Below are positions 15,151 through 30,283 of a stretch of 64,000 bases of DNA, piece after piece. The DNA comes from the human T2T-CHM13v2.0 reference genome, Homo sapiens. The DNA lies in the NCBI RefSeq assembly GCF_009914755.1, contig NC_060937.1. One strand, 5' to 3'. Under the pieces are notes generated by a model. It was not told where the DNA came from and did not search any database. It worked only from the letters and a program-made list of their open reading frames with translations. Position 1 is the stretch's first letter. Every line of letters starts with the position of its first letter. Made by a program: the position numbers and the translations under genes.

Positions 15151-15206
15151 AACAACTGATCAAAGTAGATGGTTTGGGTTTGGCTTGGTTTTTAACTAAA
15201 GCCTTT

Positions 15207-15220
15207 GCGCCCTCTAGTGG
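15207..15220 (-). promoter_or_regulatory. Candidate CTCF binding site
   Basis: Minus strand CCACTAGAGGGCGC, a near-consensus CTCF core, outside any recognised repeat, with its CpG retained. Confidence 0.7.
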
Positions 15221-15292
15221 GAAGATGGAGCAGCCCAGCATCCACAGTGTGTGCTCTTCAGAGCTGGATGTCGCTTTGGAATCAAGATTCTT

Positions 15293-15557
<265 letters not shown>

Positions 15558-16389
15558 TTATATTTGTGGGCAGGATGTTTCTTTTATTTATGTATTTATT
15601 TTAAACTAAATGTTTCTTATCTCCTCTACTCGAAGGTCATATCCTCTTTATCTCCTTAAGTAAAGCCAGGAGCTCTGCAGTACCCCCAAGTGAGAAAAAT
15701 TATGCTTAAGACACTTTTGTTTTAGTTTAGTCCCAGACCCAGAGGAAAATCCTTCAAATTTCTTAAGTAAATCCTTAAAAAGTGTAATTTACACCAGAGC
15801 AATTGACCTGGTGTAAATAAACTGCAGCATGAGAAGAAGAAGAAAAAAAGACCATTATTACTTCTTTTTTCGGTGAACATTTTGTTTACATGTTTTGCAG
15901 GAAATGTACTTTTCGGTTTGTATGGATGAGATGCTGTAACAGAAACACATTTCCAGGGCTTTCTCGTGTCCAATCCGTGTGCAATGCAATTGCAATGAAT
16001 AGTCCAAGATTTTCTTACCTTCTCATCACAACCACCCTCTTCCCCAAGGTTGGAACTTCAGTTTCTTTAATTACTTCTCCCACATCTCATGAGCTAGTGG
16101 GTAACATGGACTGCTAGTCCAAATACCCATTTAGCCTAGATTAGTTACATGAAAGACATTATCATCCTTGTCTTTCTCTTTTCAGTGTTCTCTGGAAGTA
16201 GTAGGTGATCAAGAAGACTATCTGCAGTGTCATGATTATTTAGTTTACTAAATTCAAGATTTCTTGCTCTGCAGTCAAAGCTCATTTCAAAACTCTTTCA
16301 CTGCCAATTCCAAATGGCTGACAGGTAGATAAGGTGATGGCCATAGTGGCCCTGAGTAAGCTGGCATACTCAGGTTGCCAGCATGGTTC

Positions 16390-16945
16390 TGATATAGCAG
16401 TTAGGAAGAAATTATTTAGGCAGATAGTGAGTCCTCGGTAAGGTTTTCCTTTTAATGAAAAGCCGCCCCCAAATCATTTTATTTTCTAACAAAGAACAGC
16501 CTGTAAAATCGAGCTGCAGACACAGGCAAGCAAGCTAGAAGCTTGCATAGGTAAATGCTGGCATTGTGCCAGTAGGAACAGGTTACCTGGGACCAGGCAT
16601 GTTCAAAACGGCAGCTCCATCTTCCCTTCTTTCCAGTCCACATGTACAGTAAGAAGCAGATAACATGGCAGCAGCCAAGTGGAAAGCCCATATGCATAAT
16701 AGGGTGGAGTGGTCAGCCTTCCCCATGCATTATGTAAAACATCATACCTGCTCCAACCAATTTGTGGGCCCTATGTAAATCAGACACCGCCTCCTCAAGC
16801 CTATTTGTAAAATCCAGTGCACTCTGTAGGCAGCCCGAATTCCCATTCAGGTGCCCCTCTCTCTCATAAGAGAGAGAGAGCTGTTCTCCTTTCTCTTTCT
16901 TTTGCGTATTAAGCCTCCACTCCCAAACCCACTCCTTTGTGTGTC
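16390..16945 (+). mobile_element. LTR9-family (HUERS-P3 group) LTR, 3' end missing
   Basis: TGATATAG...GAAATTATTTAGGCAGATAGTGAG...AAAATCGAGCTGCAGAC...CAGACACCGCCTCCTCAAGC. Confidence 0.8.
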
Positions 16946-17214
16946 ATAAGAAAACAATCCATTCTGCATGAAGAATGGTAAGAACAATTAGGAACATCAT
17001 AGAATGGACCAATACCACAAATCCGTTTTGAAGGATACACAGGAATTTGTAAGGTGGTCAATGAGGCAAAGAATGTCCCAGGTAGGAATGATGTGTTGTG
17101 GTTCCTAACACCTGTTCTCCAATGAACTATGCATCTTTTTCTTCATTACCATCATTGTAGTTGTCATCAAAACAGCTGACATTTGTTGACAGCTCACTCT
17201 GTCTCAGTATGATG

Positions 17215-17445
17215 GGCACTGCTGGCTGGCTAAGTTAGCACCATACCCAGGCCACTTCTCCTTTGCTTCGTTATTAGAAAAGTAAACACTAGCTTTTCTA
17301 GCTTCCCGCGCAGCCTAAGGTGGCCACATGGCAAAATCCTCACCAATGAGATAGAAACCAGTCTGCTAAAATGTTCCAAGAAGGCTTTAGTGAGGATAAA
17401 TGTGGTTGGTACCATCCACCCTGCCTCTTTTGGCTTTAAATACAG
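17215..17445 (+). mobile_element. Old MLT1 (I/J/K-like) LTR fragment
   Basis: GCAGCCTAAGGTGGCCACATGGCAAAATCCTCACCAATGAGAT resembles the MLT1 core. Confidence 0.45.
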
Positions 17446-18024
17446 GTAAGAAGTGAGAAAAATGAACTCCTAGTGTTTAGGGCCCTGTGAGTCTGGTATG
17501 ATACTACTTAAAGCCAAACCGGTCCTATGTAATAAAGCCAGGCAGTGGTGTAAGCACTTTACAAATATTAACACAACTAGAATTATTTGGGGTCTATGGA
17601 TAATTTAAGATACCATTTGGCAGAATCTTATCAAACCACTGATAAATTGTATTCTATCTGCTATAGGATTCTACCGTTCCAGTGGTCTAACACTGACTCA
17701 GTCTTCACAAGCTTTTAAGCAAAACTAATTACAAGAAACAGAATAATTAACTCACAGCCTTTATTCTTTATCCTATGAAGAAAACCATACTACCTCGGAA
17801 GAAATTCTGGAATATACTGTGAAATAAGTAGAAGGTATGTCAGAAAAGATTGGCTGATTAAATGCTCATATAGTCCACAGTATAAAAATAGAAGAACCCA
17901 GACTGTTTTAATAATCAAAAAAGCACAAATTACTATTTCCTTTTTTGTATGAATATTGAAGATCCAAAGTCAGAAACAGTGATATTAGTTGGGTAAATGT
18001 TTTAAAAAAGGAATTCAAACAAAC

Positions 18025-18085
18025 CTTTTGATTTTCCTTTATTTCTTCTCTCATATGTTGATTTACAGCAATTCTGGTTAGAGAT
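18025..18085 (-). CDS. UGGT2: UGGT2 coding exon 10 (61 nt): (R)SLTRIAVNQHMREEIKENQK
   Basis: atttttccag|ATCTCTA...CAAAAG|gtttgt (weak donor); phase 2 to 0. Confidence 0.94.
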
Positions 18086-18484
18086 CTGGAAAAATGAATA
18101 CTAATATAATTGATCCTTCCTTAAATGTTTAGAACTGATCTATATAACCCAATGTAATCTAATACTTTGGATAAGAAGCTAAAAACTCCAAATCCTTTGT
18201 GACTGAAAAGTATACATTTCCATATGGCCTAATTTAGCTTTCATTTGACAAAAGTATTTGGTTCAAGTGGAATGGAGGTTCTCAAAATTTCATGTGTACT
18301 AGCTGTATGCAGTATGGATTGTCATCATTTACTATGACTTATTTTTTGAAAACACTTCATTGAAAAAGCTGTTTTGCGTTATTTTGCCCAATAGAGAAAT
18401 TTTGTATGAAATTACCAATGTATAAGTACATGAATATACGTACATGAAGAATTTTTTAGTTAACCTGGGAACCTACCAGAGTAG

Positions 18485-18850
<366 letters not shown>

Positions 18851-20553
18851 TATTCACTCTTGAAGAGTTTATAATTCACTTATAATTTAAAGACAGCAGA
18901 AGTGTTCAAAATACAGTTCCTATGGACTGTATTCAACTTGATAATTCCTAAACATGACTAGCTTTTACAAATTTTATAAATAGAATTAAAAAATTAAAAG
19001 ATTGTTAATGCAAAGTTCTGCTTTAAGGAAAACTCAAGTAGAAAGGTGTACCTTGAAACAGCCCACAATAAGTATATATTATTTCCTAAAGTTTGGCAGC
19101 ATTGTGAGAAATTACAATTAAAAATTTAATAAGGCAAATTTTTCATTTATTTAGCAAATATTTCATTTCAACAAACATTTACAGATTGTCTACCAAGTGG
19201 TTTTAGAGATATGCTCAAGCCTACAATTTAGCCATTAAGCAATGTTAGCATATTTTATAATTTTTTCTTAATTACAGATTAACAGCAGAGTTTTGCATCA
19301 GAACCTCTGAACAGTTATACTGACTTAGCATCAATAGAGCTAATCAACTGTCTGATCAAGACTAAAGTTATTTTACTTTATTTGTATTTGATCTAATAAT
19401 TTTTATAACGGCCATTAATTAAAATATTATGGCTAAACAGATATGACATTTATACACACCCATATATATTTCATGTTTTATTATATAAATGACGACTTCT
19501 CAAATTCTTGACATTTAAAGTTGACTGAAAGAGGCATATCAATATATTCATTCTTAATCTGTAAATAAGGAAACAAACTCCTTTATTTCAAGGTACCACC
19601 AAAAAATCCTTGGTATCTTGTAGCCAACCATGTACTATTTATTTACTTTCAAAATTAAAGAATACATATATTGAAGATTCTGTAATCTGTATGATGAATA
19701 AATGTACAAAATAGTGTTTGGGACAATAAGAGGCATAGCAATCATTCTATGCTTAGGAAGGTATGCTAAGCTAGTAGACTGCTCTCCAATTCCTCTCAGT
19801 AAAACACCATTGTTGCCCATGCACTGCGACTTGTCACATATTTTATCTCTTTAGTATAAGCTAACTCATATTTTACTTGTTGCTAATTTTATACTCTGTC
19901 ATCCCTAACCAGAATACAATTGCATCAAAGTTGTGTTATATAGCAAATTCTCATAATACGTGGTAACTTGCATTGCATGCACCGGTCTCTTTAAGCTATG
20001 CAAATGTATTTCCTATTGAAATGGAATATATGTTTAATGTAACATCAGTATTCATGGAAGCAGTTCAACGAGACATCCTCTTGGCAAAAAAGTACTCCAC
20101 ACAATATTCATCCAATTAAGACATTACCAATCATTTGGACTCTGAAAGGGTAAGAATATGATTTGGCAGTACTTTGGGCATAGACCTCCTACTTAGAGTA
20201 ATACTTTTTATCATCCTCCATAAGGGAAAGAAAAAACACTCCTTCATTATTTATTGCTTAAACAAGTTTTTCCTTAGATTACTATGCATGATTTTAGAAA
20301 ATTTTTTAGGACTTTTTTTCCTATTTGCCTCTAACAAGAGTTCTACCTTACAGTGCATACACACATGTATGCACAAGCCAATATTTTGCTCTAATCAAAA
20401 AATATATATATATTGAAAAGGCCCTGATTTCACAAAAGCTATATATACTAGAACTAATTGACACCTTCATGTTAAATGAAATCAGCTATTTTCATAAAAC
20501 TCATTTAATAGAAAGAGTTATAGCTGCAATGAAACCTATAAACTTTAACATAC

Positions 20554-20653
20554 CTGGCTTTTATGGGGAAGTTCTGTGAAATGTCTTTCATTAATTTAAT
20601 GGCATCATAAACTGGAGCGGACATTATTTGAGAAGCTGCTTGAAAACTAAGAT
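20554..20653 (-). CDS. UGGT2: UGGT2 coding exon 9 (100 nt): DLSFQAASQIMSAPVYDAIKLMKDISQNFPIKA(R)
   Basis: ttccttccag|ATCTTAG...AAAGCCAG|gtatgt; lies inside ORF 20505..20687; SQNFP motif; phase 1 to 2. Confidence 0.97.
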
Positions 20654-21954
20654 CTGGAAGGAAAAATATTATTAAGGAATCTAGCATAATATTAGACCTT
20701 TATAGACATTTCCATGAAATTGAAATACTTGACTCAATTCTTCTTGCCAAGTATTAGTATACAAACATGTTAATACTGTTACATCTGCATTTTTAAAAAG
20801 TTTTAAATGTAAAGTTATCACTTATTTCCAAATATAAGCTTTATACTTTTATGAATGACTATTTAATACCTCTTGTTTTCACAAATTACAGTATAATTTC
20901 GAGAGAGATATATGAAAAGAAATGCTCTCGCAAAGCTTTTTCTATACTTAAATGAAACATATGACAAAAAGTCAAAAGAATAATGAAGAGGAGTAAAAAG
21001 AGCTTTAAAGAGCCAATTCTGAAAAGACCTCTAAGAAAGCTCCACTGTGTTTAACTCAGTAAATAGAAACATTCAATTTCTCTTTCAACATTGTTTTACC
21101 TTTGTGCTGAAATAAAATCCTAAACTTAGTATTATTTTATCTGATATGACAATCCTATAAAAAGAAAAATGTGTGTTGCTAACTGTGGTTAGTTTCAAAC
21201 ATGTCAGAAGAATTCATCTTAGTATTATTACTTTGTCAAGAGTCAGAAAAGATTTAAAACTAAATTCTTTCATTACCTACCTCAACAGTGAGGCAGATTG
21301 TTTCTCCTTTAGCTTAAGGACAGGATACTCACCCCACCACTGAACCTAACCATCTGGATATCTTACAATGACTTTAAATCAACCTTTCAACACTAGTCTC
21401 ATTATTTCTGAGTCCCATATTCAGCCCCAAAGTCTGCTTACATGTTTTATATATTCTCTCTACTCAGGCTCAAGCTAGAAATCCTAGAATTATCTTTGAC
21501 TCCTTTTCACCTTCTAAATATTTATATGCCTTCTATCACTATTTCAGTAATGTCTACCTAGATTTCTTGCTTTTAGTCCATTGAAATACATCTTACACAG
21601 ACATTAGGGAGTCAACTAGAACTAAGCTGACTATGCATACTCTTTGCTTAAAGGCCTTCAAAAACACCCCATCACTTATACTTTTCTAAATTATGCAAAG
21701 GCCCCTTAGAGAACATTTTGAAGGAGGCTTAAAACATAATTATACTTTTTAAAAAGTGCTAAAATAGAGACATAAAAAAGGATCTAAAAATAATTGAAGA
21801 TACTAGAAAGAGACTATCTGAAATTATGGATTTAGGAATATAAGCTCTATTAGAACTTAGACAAGAGCTTCACAAACCATGCTAAGGGGTTTAAACTTAA
21901 TACTTTTAATGGATGTGCATGAAATCAGTCCTTAATGATGCAAATGACTTGGCT

Positions 21955-22495
21955 AGCTAGTCCTATCAACCCCTTCTTACATTCGAAGTCTCTCCAGAAG
22001 TATTTACCTTGGAAAAACAGAACTTTCTCAGAGAAGAGGACTGCATACTTTGTTTGCCCCCCGCATCCACTCTTTCCTGCTCCGGGCCCCCAAAAGGCTG
22101 GCCTATCTGAACTGCATCAATAAGCTCCCTTGCCCTCAGATTTCTAGTTAGATTCAGCCAATCCAAGTAACTAATATGGGATCAGTAAGCAAGAAAAGAG
22201 TAAGGAGTGGAATAGTTACTACCCAGATCCCTTCCTTGATACACAGAGGACAGTCCCTCGGGGTACTACTGCTGTGTCAAGCAGCTCTCTCGACACACTC
22301 TCCAGGTTTTGGTAACCACTCTCTCCTCTTGCTCCCTCAAGATTAGGGGTAGAAAATGTTTCCATCTAGTTGCAAATACTGGAATCGAATAATCCATTCC
22401 TTGTTGGTTTCCCTCAATCATGCCTGTCTCTGTAAAAAGTCCCTTTATTAAACTTTTTAGTTTGTGTGTGCCAACATTTTCCTGTGGGGACTAAT
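21955..22495 (+). mobile_element. LTR33/LTR16-like ERVL LTR
   Basis: GGTTTTGGTAACCACTCTCTCC...AGTCCCTTTATTAAAC...TGTGCCAACATTTTCCTG. Confidence 0.5.
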
Positions 22496-23229
22496 GTAAG
22501 GCCACTATTTGATCAGGGATGTACAAGTGATAAAGCCTGGCTGATTTGACACAAGGCCAAAATCAGATTTTCATTTTAGAAAGATTATCTCAGTAACCTT
22601 ATTGAGAATGAATTTGAAACTACTACCTCAGTTTAGTGTTATCATGATGTCAAGTGAAAGAACAGTCACAAGGGCTGTGGTATAATAAAAGGAGGTCTAA
22701 GCATGAGGTCTAGATGAGACATTAAATAGGAAACTGTACACCAGAAGGGTCCAGGGAGAATAGATTCTATCAGTTCAAAGAGGTAGATTCTTTACAGTAA
22801 ATCTATCATAACAATGGCCTTGAATCTCATTCTGCTGAATGATTTTTCTATTGATATATTGATTTTCTAATGATACAGGGCTTAGTTGATACAACATTTG
22901 TATTAGGTAGGTAAAGAATAGCAGAAGTTATAAAACTTAATAGATTGTGTCTTGCACATTCTGCTATAATTTTAAAATGTAACATTCAATATTCTGTTAA
23001 GTGTATATAAAGTTTACCTAGATACCATATGGTACAGTATAAAGAATTTTACTTGGACCAAAATCTTCACTTATTAGCTGTGTGGTAACTGGCACTTAAA
23101 TAAGATAGTTTATATGAAAGGACTCTGTAAACTATAATCCAGATGAAATATAAAATATTATTTGTATGTTATAAGTAAGTTATACTAGTGAGAGTGGCCT
23201 GTAAATATCCTTTTAGTTGTTATTTTAAA

Positions 23230-23560
23230 AACAGAAAGTAGATTGGTGGTTGCCTACAACTGGGGAGTTGGGAAATGAGGAGTGACTGCTAATGAGGGTG
23301 TTAGTTTTTTGGGGGGATGATGAGAATTTTCTAAAATCAACTGTGTTAAGAGTGGCAGCATTCTAAAAATATGCTAAAAACTATTGAATGGTAGAATTTA
23401 AAAGGGCAAATTGAATAGTATGTGAACGTATTAGTATGAATAGTATTATTATAGTAATGTCATTATTTACATCACTAATGTCTATAAAATAATCTATATC
23501 ATCTGAGATATAAAAGCTTATTTAACAAAAGAGCTTATTAAGCTGTTATATTTTTAAAAG
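23230..23560 (+). mobile_element. L1M (MB-ME) 3' end fragment containing a templated insert
   Basis: GAAAGTAGATTGGTGGTTGCCTA...GAGTGACTGCTAATG...AAGCTGTTA. Confidence 0.65.
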
Positions 23561-24193
23561 TTGATAAAAGATGACAAAAGTTAGATTATGCAGAAAGATG
23601 ACATGTCCCCATGACCTACTAAATCATTACAAATAAAGAAGAAAAATTATAAATTGAAAAGGACTTAAAAGTTCAAACCAAATCAAATTTTGTTCACAAA
23701 ATATCTGCTTGTAGGTTTTCAGTACAGAAGCTGTTCCTAACTTTGTAAAACTGCATGTCCTCCATTTGATGTTTCCATTAAACATTTATCAATGAAACAT
23801 GCAATAGTCTTAACAGGATCTAAATTTCAAAAAGAAGAAAACCAAGATTAAGTTTCATTTTCTCCTTACCTAGGAGTTAGGACTTTTAATCAGTTATAGT
23901 CTCCACAAATGTGATTTAATACTTGAGACTAACCTATAAATCAGTATATACTTTTGAAATAACATTGAATAACCTCACTTCATATAATTTTAAGTCTTGC
24001 AAATATAAAAATATAGCTTGCTTGAGGGATGATCTGTTAAATAGGTATTGCCACAAAAAATCATAATTTATATTATTCACTAGTCATTAATACTGTCCAT
24101 AAAATAATCTATATCATGTGATATATAAAAGCTTATTTAACAAAACAGATCAGTTACCAAAATGCTGTGTTAAAGTATCTCAAAATACTATAC

Positions 24194-24294
24194 CTTGTAG
24201 TTCCCAGACTTTCAAAGGCATCATTTGTTTGTTACTCTCAATCAGGTATTTTTGGAATGCTGTCAGATTATCTCTAAGATCTGAATATATTTCT
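24194..24294 (-). CDS. UGGT2: UGGT2 coding exon 8 (101 nt): (K)EIYSDLRDNLTAFQKYLIESNKQMMPLKVWELQ
   Basis: ttgatgcag|AGAAATA...CTACAAG|gtatag; conserved PLKVWELQ motif; phase 2 to 1. Confidence 0.96.
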
Positions 24295-24954
24295 CTGCAT
24301 CAAAATATTAAGTGATGTTAAGTAGCATCACCTATCACAAACCATTATACAAACAGCATATTTTTGAAATTACATATTCCATGTAATTAGACATAAATGA
24401 ATCATTCATCATTAAGATAATCATAAATTGTGATACAGCTATATTCACGGAACTTAAAAATAATGAGGAAGATATACAGGTCTCTTTTATTAAATATATG
24501 AAACAAAACAAAATCTGGAGGAATATACTCTCAATTGTTAGTGTCAACTGTAAGCGATGCAAGGATGAGGGCAGACTTATGTTTTCATATTACATACTTT
24601 TTGTTTAACATTTTATAAATTGCAAGCCTTGCTTTTATAATTGAAAATAAAAACTATAAGGAAAGTCAAAAATGCCTCATACAATCAGAGTTTATTTCTG
24701 AAAAGTTCCATCTTTGATTCTTATAAAAAACTAAAATAAGATAATTTTACCCATTGTTAAACATCTCTAGGCATCTTTTAGAGAGCCAAATAATGATGTA
24801 GTAGAATGGTATTTTACTATACACACAATCTAAACTGTAATCTTCTTTCCTCTATCACTCATGAAATCAAGACATGGTGCCATTTCAGATTTAAATGGAG
24901 AAATACAATTTAAAAAAGTTACTATCAGCACAACTTACAAAATACATATTTTCA

Positions 24955-25661
24955 TTTTATTATACTTTAAGTTCTGGGATACATGTGTAGAACGTGCAGG
25001 TTTGTTACACAGGTATACACGTGTCATGGTGGTCTGCTGCACCCATCAACCCGTTATCCACATTAGGTATTTCTCCTAATGCTATCCCTCTCCTAGCTCC
25101 CCACCCCCGACAAGCCACGGTGTGTGATATTCCCCTCCCTGTGTCCATGTGTTCTCACTGTTCGAGTCCCACTTTTGAGTAAGAACATGTGGTGTTTGGT
25201 TTTCTGTTCCTGTGTTAGTTTGCTGAGAATGATAGTTTCCAGCTTCATCCATGTCCCTGCAAAGGACATGAACTTATCCTTTTTTATGGATGCAGAGTAT
25301 TCTATGGTGTATATGTGCCACATTTTCTTTATCCAGTCTATCATTGATGGACATTTGGGTTGGTTCGAAGTCTTTGCTATTGTGAATAGTGCTACAATCA
25401 ACATACGTGTGCATGTGTCTTTATAGTAGAATGATTTATAATCCTTTGGGTATACACCCAGTAATGGGCATTGCTGGGTCAAATGGTATTTCTGGTTCTA
25501 GATCCTTGAGGAATTGCCACACTGTCTTCCACAACGGTTGAACTCATCTACACACACACCAACAGTGTAAAAGCCTTCCTATTTCTCCACATCCCCTCCA
25601 GCATCTGTCGTTTCCTTTTTAATGATTGTCATTCTAACTGGTGTGAGATGGTGTCTCATTG
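24955..25661 (-). mobile_element. 5'-truncated L1PA7-like element (0.7 kb), sense to UGGT2
   Basis: Reverse L1 3' end; TSD AAAA(T/C)AC(A/G)TATTTTCA at 24939-24954 and 25662-25677. Confidence 0.9.
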
Positions 25662-26133
25662 AAAACACGTATTTTCAATAGTCAATAGACAAGCCTTTGA
25701 AAAGTGAAATAAAAAATACAGAATATACATAAATATGGTAATCTTATAGTTACGAATAAATATATATAGTACAGTGTCAATATCTTACAGGTTTACTACA
25801 ATGTGGGATCATGTTTTGAAAACAAATCAAAATTGCTATGATAATAAAAGTACAATGGCATTTCTTTCTAAAAGAAGTTCACTATGAATTAAGCAAACAT
25901 TTCCTTTTTCAATATTTTTAAGTTATCAGATTATAAGTTTATAAGAGCTACTATACCAATTTTCATATTTAATCATCATCTTAATAACTTTCACTGCTAA
26001 AATTCTTTATATAATTTAGGCAACATATATATTATTCATAAAGTACCTCAAAGGATTTTTGCTTTGAAATGAGCAGTCACTGAGTCACTGTGGAAGACTA
26101 ATTTTGAGTATTCCCTTTTAAAAATGAATAGCC

Positions 26134-27640
<1,507 letters not shown>

Positions 27641-29299
27641 ATTAAAATAGCCCAGTGTTCCACGTGATCTTTTGGAGAAAATGCAATTTAATCCCATAAA
27701 AAGTTATATTCAAAAGAGAAAAGAACTATAAATTCCAAGATGTTGAGATAGCTGAAAATGGGATAAAAATGTATTGTTAGCTGCTAAATAAATACCTTAC
27801 TTAGAATAAAACCATTTTGTAAGCTGTATTAACATTTTAAGGCCACTAGAGTATACTGACTGGCCAACATACTTTAAAAATGTAACATAGTTATCCATAT
27901 AAATTAGCATAGTCTCCAAAAATCTTATCCTTACTGTCTATAGTTATCTACTCATCACCAGGAGAACCACCCTGAGAGTCCTTCATAAATGACTGTAATA
28001 CTAAACAAGAACTAAAGGTGTTAATAAAAATATTTCTTTAATTAATTTTGCCTGGATAAAGAAATCATAAACTTTCACTTGTAAATAAGGGAAAATGTAC
28101 ATGAAATTACAGCCATCCCCATTCATGAGTATTCATAGAGCACTCACCATGCTATTCCTTGTCTTCAATCAGCGTGGCAGGAAAAAAAGGGGGGGGTATA
28201 ACTTTAATTTTTGAAAGCTTACTTATATATGTATATGAAATGGTAATCTGTAGTACAGAAAATTTGAGTAATAAACGTTTTCTTTTCTTTGGGGCTATAC
28301 ATTTGTTCAAGCTAAAGGTCCAATATTATCAATGATTTTTGTAACTCATTAGATCAGTAAAGTTCTAGATTCTATAAAGTTTTTAGTTTTCTGTCAGAAC
28401 TTTATCAACTCCTGTTTCTCTAAGCACACTAAGTCAAATTTATCATATGAAAAGTGATTTTAAGTATCTCATACTTTATGAATGTCAGATGTATTAGAAC
28501 TCCCTAAAAATAAAGAAACCAATATAATAAAGAGGAATATTTACCACAGCTTGCCAAGTTAATTTATTAAAAAACAGTAAAAATAACACTGAGTTTAAAA
28601 ATAGTAAATATTAGCTAACATTATTACAATATTTATTTTAAAAAATAATGATTTACTTAATTTTTTTCCTCAAAAGAAATTCAATTTAGGCAGTTTTTTC
28701 TTGGCAGCATTTTGTGAAACTATTTTAATAAATAATAACTTAATAATTATAATTTTCATTTATTTTATTCATGTTTAACAAACACATTAATGCTTATTAT
28801 ATTCCATGAATTGTTAAAATGCTTTATTACTAAATTATATTATTTTTTCTCTCCAAATTTAAAAACTTCCTAAACAAGTATGTACTATACCAATTATTTA
28901 CTTGACTTTTATGGCAGCTGTGTTAGAATAAAGAAAAGTACTACTTTCGAATATGGGAAATCATAATTTGTATGGTGATAGCACCATATAGTGCAAATGA
29001 AGAACAGGATCAAAAAATGCTACAAGGCTAATAAATATTTAACAATTTATTTGTTGCCTTATGTTTGTTGTTTCATGTCTTTGAGGTTTAGCCATTCTAT
29101 AAATGAACTTTATTTATGGGACAAATAATTTATTCTGGGTAAAAGGAGAAAAACATGCATATTTAACAGTTACCAACCATAGGTATCGAAAGTCTTAAAT
29201 TTCAAATTTTCTAGTTATCCCAGGGATACCACCAGAGTTTCAGAAATAAAATCCCACTCTCAATGTAAACATAACAGTTGTATCTAATGAAAAAAACTT

Positions 29300-30150
29300 C
29301 CATCTTTAAGATTAATATGAAAATAAACTTCGACAGTAAGTAATTCAATATGTGGCAAAGGTTTCAGAATTTTTTATAAAGAGCTGTTATAATTAGTAAA
29401 AAAAGATAAACACAGCAAGAACAAATGAGCACAAGTTAGGAATAAGCAATTTACTCAAGAAGAAATTCCAAGGCCAATAAACATGAAAAAAAGTTAATCC
29501 TTGCAATAATAGACTGCCAATAGTTGACTTTCTTGGAGACAAATTATAAAATTGGTTCAATCCAGTGAATTAAATACACTTTTTTAAAAAAAGAAACAAC
29601 ATTTCATTTATTAAACTGAAAAAGATTTTAAAAATAGTATGAGTGGTTATTAATTAAAGTTCTGGGAAATGAACACATTTCACATTCTGGGGTGAGTGTC
29701 CATGTTAGTACAATTTTATGAGGGTAGTTTACAAGTATGAATCAAAAATTTCAAGAAGCACATATACTTTATCAACTATTTTCCTGAAATTTGTGCTAAG
29801 GAAAATCTGCAATACACACAAACTGGTACACAAAAAAAAAATTAAATGAAAAAGTAGGGAAAGAATTTAAAGTCCTGTTCTATGGGACTGTTTCAATAAA
29901 TGATGGACTATCCACAAGATGTGGAAAAAACAGCTACACACTATGGTTCTACTGTGCAAAACAATATGTTGTGTATGCATTTATTTGATGCTATAAAAAT
30001 ATTCACAGAAAGACTGGAAAAACATACTGTACACCAAAACATTATGAGTTATCTCTTTAATTGTGAAATTAGTGATTATTTTTAAATGTGCTTTTCTGCT
30101 TTCTGTAGCTTTTTGACATTAGCCATGTGTTACTTCTGTAATAAATAAAA
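29300..30150 (+). mobile_element. Ancient L1ME fragments
   Basis: Degenerate GGCCAATAAACATGAAAAAA motif and an L1ME-type 3' end. Confidence 0.5.
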
Positions 30151-30283
30151 ACAATCGTATGTGTGTGTGTTTGTACTTTCTACATAAAAGAAAGGTGAAG
30201 CATATGGCAAAACAGTATATCAAATTAATTCCTTAAAAACCAATGGGTATAATAATACCAATTTCATTTCCATTCAGACTTAC

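Noticed and set aside
19998-20005. Isolated octamer ATGCAAAT (also near 21938 and in L1s)
   Set aside because: Expected by chance in AT-rich DNA and part of the L1 consensus.
28540-28900. Extremely AT-rich stretch (possible matrix-attachment or unwinding element)
   Set aside because: No periodicity or specific motif; within the range expected for this AT-rich region.
29174-29260. Possible cryptic minus-strand exon with donor TTG|gtaact
   Set aside because: No convincing acceptor or polypyrimidine tract, and the exon 7-8 frame is already complete.
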